A stretch of 16,373 bases of DNA from Armatimonadota bacterium (GTDB lineage: Bacteria; Armatimonadota; UBA5829; DTLH01), in assembly GCA_038207085.1 (NCBI GenBank), contig JBBRAE010000049.1, positions 1-16,373 of the forward strand, given 5' to 3'. The notes under the pieces were generated by a model, which was given only the letters and a program-made list of their open reading frames with translations, made no database searches and had not been told where the DNA came from. Below, piece by piece: positions 1-7,257 of the stretch (position 1 is the stretch's first letter; the number at the start of each line of letters is the position of its first letter). The translations under genes were made by a program, and so were the position numbers.

Positions 1-22
1 AAATAAAGGGACTGAGCCCTTT
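1..22 (-). terminator. Probable intrinsic terminator downstream of the TPR gene
   Basis: Stem AAAGGG(5-10)/CCCTTT(17-22) with a 6-nt loop; on the minus strand it reads ...AGGGCTCAGTCCCT-TTATTT up to the window edge. Confidence 0.5.
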
Positions 23-107
23 GTTAAGCCTTTCGTATGCTGCGGGAACGTTTCCATTAGCCTTGACTATGGGCCTATTACCATGAAGTTCCCGCAGCGG
101 TGGTAAC

Positions 108-132
108 GGCTGGCACGGCGGCCCGCCACTAC
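108..132 (-). repeat. GTAG-type REP-like palindrome (copy 1)
   Basis: Minus strand GTAGTGGCGGGCCGCCGTGCCAGCC starts 2 nt after the TPR stop; 19/25 identical to the copy at 14016-14040. Confidence 0.6.
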
Positions 133-134
133 AT

Positions 135-1181
135 TTAGCTGCCGAAATCCGGCGTCTTACCCTCGCCGATCGTCTTTTTCCAAGATTCGATATCGGCCCG
201 ACCAATCTCCCACAGCCCCTCACACAGGTCCAAATACTGCAGAACAACGTCGCGCTCGCCCTTTGCCAAAAGCTCCCGCGCAAGCTCCATCCCCGGCCCT
301 ACGGTCTGAATCTCGGTCGACCCAGGAGTGCTCCCCGCAGCTATGAGGCAGGCCTTCGCCTTGTGGACGTCCCCCGCCCGAAGCGCCACCCGCCCCCGAA
401 CGAGATTCACCCGATGAACCGCATCGCCGTAGCTCAGATCGCCCCCAAACTTCTCAGCCATCACCAAAAGCTCGTTTGAGTATGTCCCGGCTTTCTTCAT
501 ATCCCCGGACTCAAAAGCCGCGCTCGCGCATCCCGTGAGCATGTGAAACCGTCCCACACACTGAGGGGTGAGCTTAAGCGCCTTTTCAAACTGAACAAGC
601 GCCTTTGCCGCAAGCTTCGAGCGCCCAGCGTCGAGGCGTTCTGAAGATTGTCGAAGATACAGCTCACCAAGCCGCCTCGGCCCGGCGGGGCTTTTCGGGT
701 CGGCCGTAGCCGCTTTCAAGAGAATTTGTTCGGCGAGCGTCTCATCTGTCTGCATAAAGAACAGAGCCGCGTTTGCCAGAGTCGGCGCGCTTTTGGGCTT
801 TGCTTTGATGTTCTTCAGCCAGAGGTTCTTCGCCTTCTGGTAGACCTGGCCGTCGAGGACCGGGTCAAACTGGGTGTAGGGGAGCCCCGCCGTCGCGCAA
901 TCGGGACGGTGCTCGATCACCCAAAGGCCGTGCCTCTGGCGGGCGAGGCTAAATGTGGAGTCATAGGTCTTGTTGGTGTAGTATCCAAGGAGCTTCACGC
1001 GGCTTGCGAGGTCATTTGCGCTCGCCATAAGCTTCGTCTCAAGCTGCGCTGCCTGCGATGCCGACATATTCGCCCCCTCAGCCGCAAACGTCTGCTCGTT
1101 TATCACGGGAGCGGCGATCACGATCGTTGCCGCAAGCCCGACCGCTGCGAGCGCCAGAAAGAGTCGTTTGATGACTAACAC
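135..1181 (-). CDS. Secreted TPR-like alpha-helical repeat protein
   Basis: Start re-assigned to GTG at 1181 because AAGGAGGT (1187-1194) lies 5 nt upstream. Signal-peptide-like N-terminus (KRLFLALAAVGLAATIVIAA) and TPR-like helices (AEQILLKAATADP, ALVQFEKALKLTP). Confidence 0.8.
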   Translation of the reverse strand: MLVIKRLFLALAAVGLAATIVIAAPVINEQTFAAEGANMSASQAAQLETKLMASANDLASRVKLLGYYTNKTYDSTFSLARQRHGLWVIEHRPDCATAGLPYTQFDPVLDGQVYQKAKNLWLKNIKAKPKSAPTLANAALFFMQTDETLAEQILLKAATADPKSPAGPRRLGELYLRQSSERLDAGRSKLAAKALVQFEKALKLTPQCVGRFHMLTGCASAAFESGDMKKAGTYSNELLVMAEKFGGDLSYGDAVHRVNLVRGRVALRAGDVHKAKACLIAAGSTPGSTEIQTVGPGMELARELLAKGERDVVLQYLDLCEGLWEIGRADIESWKKTIGEGKTPDFGS

Positions 1182-1303
1182 CTTTGACCTCCTTCGCAAA
1201 TGGCGTCTCTTGCCATTTACGTTCTCATCATGACGAGGCCCTTGGCGACAGCATCATCGATAGATGATGCGAAAGGCCTCATGCACGATTCCTAATAGAA
1301 AAC

Positions 1304-2293
1304 TTACCGGCTGATGCCTACTGCGATTCTCCTCGGAACCGCGTTTCGCACCAGCGTCTCCTCGACGACTTCCATCCCGGTGCGCACGCCGTTTTCGTAA
1401 GTGACGGCGCGGACGACGCGGCGCAGGCCGTTTCGTCCGGAGTTCAGCTCCACCTGTTTGCCTGGCCGAAGCTCCACGCTTGAAACCGACTCGGTCTGGT
1501 AGGGGATCACCTCAGTGCCCAATTCCTGGTCACGGACCACGACCACAAGCCTCGGGCTCTTCGATCCTTCTTTCATCGAGACCCGCAACTGGTCGCCGAT
1601 CTGGAGCTTGTCGAGTTCCCTGCCGCCGTTTAGCGACTGAAGCTCGGGAAGCTTCATGTGGAACCGGTCGGCGATTGAGCTTGCCACGTCGCCATCGGCG
1701 ACTGTATAAGCGCCGGACCCGCCGCCGCCGGAGACAAGCGCCTCAAGCGCCTCGTCGACGCTGGGGCGGTAAATCGCGTGGTCGACGGTCATCTTCCTCA
1801 CCGAAACGTCCTGCTTGAACGAAGGCTCTTCCATCAGGTTGCTGACCGCGCTGCCGAACCGCTCCTTGGCGGCCTCGATTACAGACGCCGCGTCCTCTTC
1901 CGTGTCGACCGCAACCACAGGCGTGCCGCCGACCAGTATCGCATACTTGGTAAGCTGAACCTTGAGCGCGCGACCGGCGGACTCCGCAGCGCGTTTCTCG
2001 TCCATCAGCTCGCTTCTTCCCGATATGTGCCCGATCGTTACGTTCTGCTTGAAGGTGGCATCAGACGGTGACCTGGGGTTGGCCGCCTTCTTGACCGCAT
2101 CAAGCGTGCGCTCTGCCGACTCCCTCGTCGCAAGCACCGCGACGGGTTTGTTGTCGGCGTAGATCGCATAATACCGACCCGCAAGCCCGCCCATGCCCCA
2201 GCGTCCCACCAAAAACAGCACTACAAGCAAAATCACGGCCCGCTCAACGCGCAACTGTAGCCGAAGGTTACGAATTATTGCATCTTGATCCAT
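1304..2293 (-). CDS. Membrane-anchored LysM + G5 domain envelope protein
   Basis: N-terminal TM helix; two internal repeats (YAIYADNKPVAV.../YAILVGGTPVVAV...); LysM (YTVADGDVASSIADRFHMKLPELQSLN...LQIGDQLRV); C-terminal G5-like region (EVIPYQTE...GRNGLRRV...YENG...RRIAVG); AGGAG upstream. Confidence 0.85.
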   Translation of the reverse strand: MDQDAIIRNLRLQLRVERAVILLVVLFLVGRWGMGGLAGRYYAIYADNKPVAVLATRESAERTLDAVKKAANPRSPSDATFKQNVTIGHISGRSELMDEKRAAESAGRALKVQLTKYAILVGGTPVVAVDTEEDAASVIEAAKERFGSAVSNLMEEPSFKQDVSVRKMTVDHAIYRPSVDEALEALVSGGGGSGAYTVADGDVASSIADRFHMKLPELQSLNGGRELDKLQIGDQLRVSMKEGSKSPRLVVVVRDQELGTEVIPYQTESVSSVELRPGKQVELNSGRNGLRRVVRAVTYENGVRTGMEVVEETLVRNAVPRRIAVGISR

Positions 2294-2377
2294 ACTTCTT
2301 ATTCTTCTCCTTACTCATCATCGACGCCGTAGCACTACGTGCGGCCTGCTCGGCCGCTGAGATGAACAGGCCCTTCC

Positions 2378-2405
2378 ATTATACCCGCGGATTTTTCGCT
2401 GTCAA
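2378..2405 (-). promoter_or_regulatory. Sigma70-type promoter for the LysM/G5 gene
   Basis: Minus strand TTGACA-16 nt-TATAAT, both hexamers perfect. Confidence 0.75.
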
Positions 2406-2466
2406 CGGGGAGGAAGTGAGCCTTCGAATGCATAAGTGTCTAGTAACTAGCAACTGGAGACGATAT

Positions 2467-3738
2467 ATGAGTGATACATCACAATCTACTATACGCGAAA
2501 AAGACCGAGCAATACTCCGCGGTCTTGCATCGCGTATCGCAGAGATCGCAGCCGACCCCATAATGGAAGAGCGCAAAAGCCTCTGGAACAAGATGAACAG
2601 CTTAAGAGGTGAGCGCCCGATGATCCTCACCGAAGCGATGGGCATCGGGGATGAGGCTATGCCATTCAACAAGCTCGAGTGCGAGGGCGACTGGGCCAAA
2701 AACCTCGAGCGCACTATGCGGGAGAAGATTTTCCACTTTGAGGAGATCGGTGACGACTTCATAGTCCACCCGTTTATAAGCTGGAACAACGCCATCAGCG
2801 CAACCGACTACGGTGTGCAGAGTGTGACCCACAGGACCGACAACGAAGGCAAGATGGCAAGCTACAGCTGGGACGCGGCCGTCGGCAACCTTTCTGAGGA
2901 CCTCCACAAGCTGAAACACCGCACCTTCCAGCACGACAAAGAGATGACCGAGGCCGGAAAGTCCGAGCTTGAGTCTGTCTTCGGCGACATCATGCCCCTC
3001 AGGCATGTAGCCTCCTACTGGTGGACGCAGGGGCTCACTATAACCGCTGTAAACCTGATCGGCCTTGAAGAGCTGATGCTTAAGATGTACGACGAGCCCG
3101 AGGGCCTGCACGCCCTGATGGCGTTCCTTCGCGACGACCACATGCAGCAGCTCGACTGGTATGAGGCAAACGGCGTGCTCAGTCCCACCGTGGAGTGCGA
3201 CTCCGTCGGCTCCGGCGGCTGCGGCTACACCGACCAGCTTCCGCAAGCCGATTACGACCCCACAAAGGGCGCACGCATCCGGGACCTGTGGGGCCTCTCG
3301 GAAAGCCAGGAGACAGTCGGCGTGTCGCCGGACCTTTTCGCTGAGTTCATATTCCCCTATCAGCTGCCGATCATCTCGCGCTTCGGCCTCGCCTGCTACG
3401 GCTGCTGCGAGCCTGTCGACCAGCGCTGGAGCTATATCAAGCAGATCCCGAAGCTGCGGCGCGTTTCGGTCTCGCCCTGGTCAAACGTCGAGAATATGGC
3501 CGAGAACCTGGGACAAAACTACGTCTACAGCCGAAAGCCCAACCCCTCCCACATCTCCACCGAGAAGTTGGACGAGGAGCTCATTCGCGAGGAGCTTCGC
3601 AAAGTGATCGTCGCGACCAAGGGAATGAACGTTGAGCTCGTCATGAAAGACGTCCACACCATAAACAACGAGCCAGTAAGGCTAGGCCGCTGGACCCAGA
3701 TCGCCCGCGAGGAGATCGACAAAGTCTACGGCAGCTAA
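2467..3738 (+). CDS. UroD/MetE-like TIM-barrel family protein, substrate unknown
   Basis: ATG 2467 after GGAG (423 aa). Family-like motifs GLEELMLKMYDEPE, ESQETVGVSPDLFAEFIFPYQ, YGCCEP, RRVSVSPW, YSRKPNP. Confidence 0.75.
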   Translation: MSDTSQSTIREKDRAILRGLASRIAEIAADPIMEERKSLWNKMNSLRGERPMILTEAMGIGDEAMPFNKLECEGDWAKNLERTMREKIFHFEEIGDDFIVHPFISWNNAISATDYGVQSVTHRTDNEGKMASYSWDAAVGNLSEDLHKLKHRTFQHDKEMTEAGKSELESVFGDIMPLRHVASYWWTQGLTITAVNLIGLEELMLKMYDEPEGLHALMAFLRDDHMQQLDWYEANGVLSPTVECDSVGSGGCGYTDQLPQADYDPTKGARIRDLWGLSESQETVGVSPDLFAEFIFPYQLPIISRFGLACYGCCEPVDQRWSYIKQIPKLRRVSVSPWSNVENMAENLGQNYVYSRKPNPSHISTEKLDEELIREELRKVIVATKGMNVELVMKDVHTINNEPVRLGRWTQIAREEIDKVYGS

Positions 3739-3766
3739 TGGGTCAATTGCCATGCATTACGCCATT

Positions 3767-3828
3767 CGGGATTCGGAAATCCCGTCTTAGCTTGTTGGGT
3801 GGCGATTCGGAAATCGCCACCCAACAAG
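3767..3828. repeat. Two palindromes sharing the core GATT-CGGA-AATC
   Basis: CGGGATT-CGGA-AATCCCG (3767-3784) and a perfect 17-bp stem CTTGTTGGGTGGCGATT-CGGA-AATCGCCACCCAACAAG (3791-3828), between convergent genes. Confidence 0.85.
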
Positions 3829-3853
3829 TCTACGGCAGCTATTACAAAAACAA

Positions 3854-3902
3854 AGCCGTCAGCTCCCAGCAAAAAGCTATTAGCTAATAGCTAATAGCTC
3901 CC
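3854..3902 (+). repeat. Heptamer tandem array (AGCnnnn x7)
   Basis: agccgtc agctccc agcaaaa agctatt agctaat agctaat agctccc in exact 7-nt register. Confidence 0.75.
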
Positions 3903-5254
3903 TAGCTTCTTATCATATTCAGGACTTCCTCGGTTTTCTGGTCCATCATCTCCTTGGTCTTGGCCTCAAGGTTCAGGCGAAGGAGCGGCTCTGTCTGGGA
4001 CGGGCGCACGTTTAGCCACCAATCTTCAAACTCGATCGTAATACCGTCAAGCTCGTTCAGCTTGCCGCCTGAGTACACCTTCTTCAGCTCCTCAAGCTTG
4101 GCAGGAACGTCTTTCACCTTGGAGTTGATCTCCTCGGTGTGGAAGTAGCGCTTGAGCGGCGCGACGATCTCCGAAAGCGGCTTCTTCTCGTCCAAAAGCA
4201 GCTTCACGATGTTCAAAAACGCGAGGTCGGCGTTGTCAGTGACGTAGAAATCACCAAAATAGTAGTGGCTGGAGAGTTCACCTGCAAAGTAGCCGCCAAC
4301 CTCTCTCATCTGTCTCTTGATAAGCCCGTGACCCACGCGGCAGGCGATCGCCTCGCCGCCCGCGGCCTTGATTTCCTCAGGAACCGCCCAGCTTGAGCGA
4401 ATATCGTAGAGAATCTTCGATCCCGGCTTCTTTTTAAGCATCTCGCGTGCGATAAGCGCCGTCACGAGGTCGCCGGGGACCGGTTCGCCCTTCTCGTCGA
4501 CGAATGCGACGCGGTCGCCATCGCCGTCAAAGGCCGCCCCAAAGCTCGCCTTGTTTTCAACAACGGATTCCTGAAGCCACTTCAGCGTCTCAAGGTTGAG
4601 GGGGTTCGCCTCGTGGTTCGGGAAGCTGCCGTCGATCTCCCAGAAGAGCTTGATCGGCTCATTGCCCACCGCTCCAAAGAGCTTGGGAAGGATCAGCCCG
4701 CCCATGCCGTTTCCGGTGTCGACGGAGATCTTGAGGTCCTCGAAGTTGTGTATGTCGGCATTGTCGAGAACTGTCTTGATATACTCGTCGAGCACGTTTT
4801 CTTCGGGATGAACGGTGCCCTTTTTCTCAGGCTCCGGGAAGTCGCCCGCGCAGGCTTTTTCGTAGAGTTCTTCGTTTGAAACGAACGCAATGCTCGGCAC
4901 CGCGCCTGCTCCGGTCATCTTGTAGCCGTTGTACTTGCCGGGGTTGTGGCTTGCAGTGACCATCATACCGGCGTCTCCGCCGAGGTGGTTCACGCCAAAG
5001 TAGTACATCGGGGTGCTCGTAAGCCCCATCGGGATGACGTCTGCGCCCTGGTCGATGATCCCACGGATGGTTGCCTCAACAAGCTGCGGGCCGGACTCGC
5101 GCATATCGCGCCCGACGACGACCTTCTTGCAGTTGATGCTCGCCACATACGCGCGAGCGATCCTGTAGCAAACGTCCTCATCTATCTGATCGGGAAACGT
5201 GCCACGGATGTCATAAGCTTTGAAAATGGATTTTTCGATCTCTCTTGGGGTCAT
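3902..5254 (-). CDS. Phosphomannomutase/phosphoglucomutase (alpha-D-phosphohexomutase)
   Basis: IFKAYDIRG, phosphoserine motif TASHNP, metal loop FDGDGDR, GELSSH sugar loop, NVRPSQTEPLLRLNLE; AAGGAG at 5258-5263. Confidence 0.95.
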   Translation of the reverse strand: MTPREIEKSIFKAYDIRGTFPDQIDEDVCYRIARAYVASINCKKVVVGRDMRESGPQLVEATIRGIIDQGADVIPMGLTSTPMYYFGVNHLGGDAGMMVTASHNPGKYNGYKMTGAGAVPSIAFVSNEELYEKACAGDFPEPEKKGTVHPEENVLDEYIKTVLDNADIHNFEDLKISVDTGNGMGGLILPKLFGAVGNEPIKLFWEIDGSFPNHEANPLNLETLKWLQESVVENKASFGAAFDGDGDRVAFVDEKGEPVPGDLVTALIAREMLKKKPGSKILYDIRSSWAVPEEIKAAGGEAIACRVGHGLIKRQMREVGGYFAGELSSHYYFGDFYVTDNADLAFLNIVKLLLDEKKPLSEIVAPLKRYFHTEEINSKVKDVPAKLEELKKVYSGGKLNELDGITIEFEDWWLNVRPSQTEPLLRLNLEAKTKEMMDQKTEEVLNMIRS

Positions 5255-5395
5255 ATGCTCCTTAAACCTGCTGCCTTCCAGTGATAATTAACCTCCGGTG
5301 GCGCTACGCGCCAGCCTTTATGAGACGGCGCGGATAGCGCCATCGATATGGTGTATACCCAATAGCGGGTGTAACTGTAGCGTTCAGCCTCGCAA

Positions 5396-5425
5396 ATTAT
5401 AGCCGTGGGAAGGAGAGGGTGTCAA
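5396..5425 (-). promoter_or_regulatory. Sigma70-type promoter for pgm/pmm, giving a ~135-nt leader
   Basis: Minus strand TTGACA-18 nt-TATAAT. Confidence 0.75.
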
Positions 5426-5559
5426 ATCGGGTAGTCATCGGCGGAGGTTGCCTGCCACTCAAACGAGGGGGGATATCTTCGCATGCCGGCATTTATACCA
5501 GGTCAAGGGTGCCAAGAAGGCCAGCACGGCTCTAGTGTCGGATTGACTCGGTTCTTTGG

Positions 5560-5641
5560 CATTGGAGCGCCATGCTTCGAAGCATCTGCACGCGGCTCAA
5601 GTGCTGCGGCAAAGAACTGATTCCGGTTAAGCGTGCACCAG
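5560..5641. repeat. Degenerate dispersed repeat, copy A
   Basis: Shares collinear blocks CATTG, CTTCGAAGCA, CAAGwGCTGCG and GGTTAAGCGTGCrCCAG with 10296-10360. Confidence 0.65.
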
Positions 5642-5709
5642 TAGCAAGCATTGTAAAGCTGGCCCTAATTCGGGTATAATACGGGAGTTGGGCACGGGTA
5701 GCCAAACAA

Positions 5710-5735
5710 AAAAGGGAGAACAAAGTCTCCCTTTT
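5710..5735. terminator. Bidirectional intrinsic terminator downstream of rpmB
   Basis: AAAAGGGAGA-ACAAAG-TCTCCCTTTT with A/T tracts on both sides. Confidence 0.85.
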
Positions 5736-5764
5736 ATTGTTTTGACTGGTTGTAACTGCGCATA

Positions 5765-5980
5765 CTATATGGCACGAACGACCCGTCCGGCCTTGATGCA
5801 GCGAGTGCAGGCTCGGATTTTCTTTGTCACATCGCCATTCGGCACAGTTACGGTCTGAAGGTTCGGCAGCCAGCGCCTCTTCGTCCTAGGAGCTCTAAGA
5901 GCCCACGCTCCGGAGTGGACGTGACGAATATTCTGACCAAATTGCGGGCCTTTGCCGCAGACATCACAAACGTTAGACAT
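5765..5980 (-). CDS. rpmB: 50S ribosomal protein L28 (Zn-binding form)
   Basis: CDVCGKGPQFG...TKRRWLPNLQ...CTRCIKAG; AGGAGG upstream. Confidence 0.97.
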   Translation of the reverse strand: MSNVCDVCGKGPQFGQNIRHVHSGAWALRAPRTKRRWLPNLQTVTVPNGDVTKKIRACTRCIKAGRVVRAI

Positions 5981-6021
5981 GGATCTATATGTCCTCCTGA
6001 AAAGGGTTAAGGCAACATTAG

Positions 6022-6050
6022 ATCATACCATGTTTCCAAACACTTGACAA
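6022..6050 (-). promoter_or_regulatory. Sigma70-type promoter for rpmB
   Basis: Minus strand TTGTCA-17 nt-TATGAT with an extended -10 TG. Confidence 0.6.
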
Positions 6051-6099
6051 GGACGCTTATTCTGCATTTCACTTTCCCATGCAGAAAGGCGATGAATAG

Positions 6100-7251
6100 T
6101 TGGACAACAAATCGATACAGAACATAGTCAGACAGGTCAAGTTCTTCTGGCCGTCGGACACCATAAAGCGCGCGGTCGGAGTGATGCAGGCGACGGGTGT
6201 GCCCGCCCTGCCGGTGCTCGATAACGGCCGGGTGGTCGGGGTCGTATCTGAGGCGAGTATCCTCGCGCACCTGACCGAACACCCCGGTGACGGGGATGCG
6301 GCTGTCGGGGGCGTGATGGACACAAACCCCGTCTGCGGCAACGTCTACATGTCCCTTGAGCAGGTCGCCGACGTGATCCGGGGCGCGCGAGCCGATGTGC
6401 TGCCACTTATTGATGAGTTTGGCAGCTACCGGGGCCTCGTCACACGCGCCGACGTGCTTGCCGAGATGCTGGGCGTCGTAAAAGCCCCACAGATCGCCGG
6501 GCTTGCGACTCCACTCGGCGTACGGCTCACGACCGGGGGCGTCACCGCGGGCGCGGGGAACCTCGGCCTGTTTCTCTCAGGCGCTGCGATGACGCTTTTC
6601 TGGATTCTTGGGATTCTGATCCTGCGCGGGATCGCCGCAGGCGTCGACGCTCTCTTTGGGACGACGGTTTCGCTCCTGCTTGACTCGCCGGGAACGGGCT
6701 CGCCCACCGGCGCGTTTGGCATCGATCTCGTCAACGTGATCGCCGGGCCGCTTGCGTTTCTGCTGATGCTGATATTCATCAGGCTTTCGCCGATCGCCGC
6801 CTACCACGCCGCGGAGCACCAGGTGGTGCATACGATAGAGGCTGGCGAGCCGCTCACGCCCGAGTCGGTGGCACGCTTTCCAAGGGCACACCCCCGATGC
6901 GGGACCAACCTTATGGTTGTGGTCGCCCTTGTTGTGGGGATGATGGAGCTTGTCGGCACCGACGCGGGGGTGCTGATAGGGCTGGTGCTGCTTCTCACAG
7001 GCTGGTGGCGCACTGTCGGCTACTACCTGCAGCAGTATTTCACAACAAAGCCCGCAGGTCCGAAATATATTCAAAACGGGATCAAGGTCGGGGAAGAACT
7101 CCTTGAGAAGATCAAGCGCGGCGACAATCGCCCTGTCCAGGGTCTCGCGAAAATCTGGGGAATGGGGCTTCCGCAGGTGATCATAGGTTTCTCGGTGACG
7201 TTCTCCGTGATACAATGGGTAGCCGGGCTTTTTGGCATAACGATCGTATAG
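6100..7251 (+). CDS. CBS-pair + DUF1385-like membrane protein
   Basis: N-terminal tandem CBS (LPVLDNGRVVGVVSE; LPLIDEFGSYRGLVT), several TM helices, DUF1385-type YHAAEHQVVH and HPRCGTN motifs. TTG start is uncertain. Confidence 0.85.
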   Translation: MDNKSIQNIVRQVKFFWPSDTIKRAVGVMQATGVPALPVLDNGRVVGVVSEASILAHLTEHPGDGDAAVGGVMDTNPVCGNVYMSLEQVADVIRGARADVLPLIDEFGSYRGLVTRADVLAEMLGVVKAPQIAGLATPLGVRLTTGGVTAGAGNLGLFLSGAAMTLFWILGILILRGIAAGVDALFGTTVSLLLDSPGTGSPTGAFGIDLVNVIAGPLAFLLMLIFIRLSPIAAYHAAEHQVVHTIEAGEPLTPESVARFPRAHPRCGTNLMVVVALVVGMMELVGTDAGVLIGLVLLLTGWWRTVGYYLQQYFTTKPAGPKYIQNGIKVGEELLEKIKRGDNRPVQGLAKIWGMGLPQVIIGFSVTFSVIQWVAGLFGITIV

Positions 7252-7257
7252 AAAAAC

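Noticed and set aside
1..130. 3' half of a 6S RNA (long hairpin ending GGCACGGCGG)
   Set aside because: The GGCACGGCGG segment is explained by the minus-strand REP-like palindrome, positions 1-22 form a terminator, and no central-bubble architecture is evident
2278..2466. N-terminal extensions in the ORF track (also 1182-1199, 9080-9193, 11058-11201, 12137-12295, 12950-13054)
   Set aside because: They overlap promoters, terminators, RBSs or opposite-strand genes; better starts with an SD or a family-typical N-terminus lie downstream
3722..3902. Mini CRISPR array
   Set aside because: Only two 16-bp repeats separated by 88 bp of palindromic DNA; no cas genes
5255..5390. glmS ribozyme upstream of the phosphohexomutase
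   Set aside because: AGCGCC and GGAGGTT occur, but the GACGAGG core and the correct order and pairing are absent
5532..5723. 63-aa intergenic ORF on the minus strand
   Set aside because: It starts inside the terminator hairpin, has no RBS and shows no recognisable features
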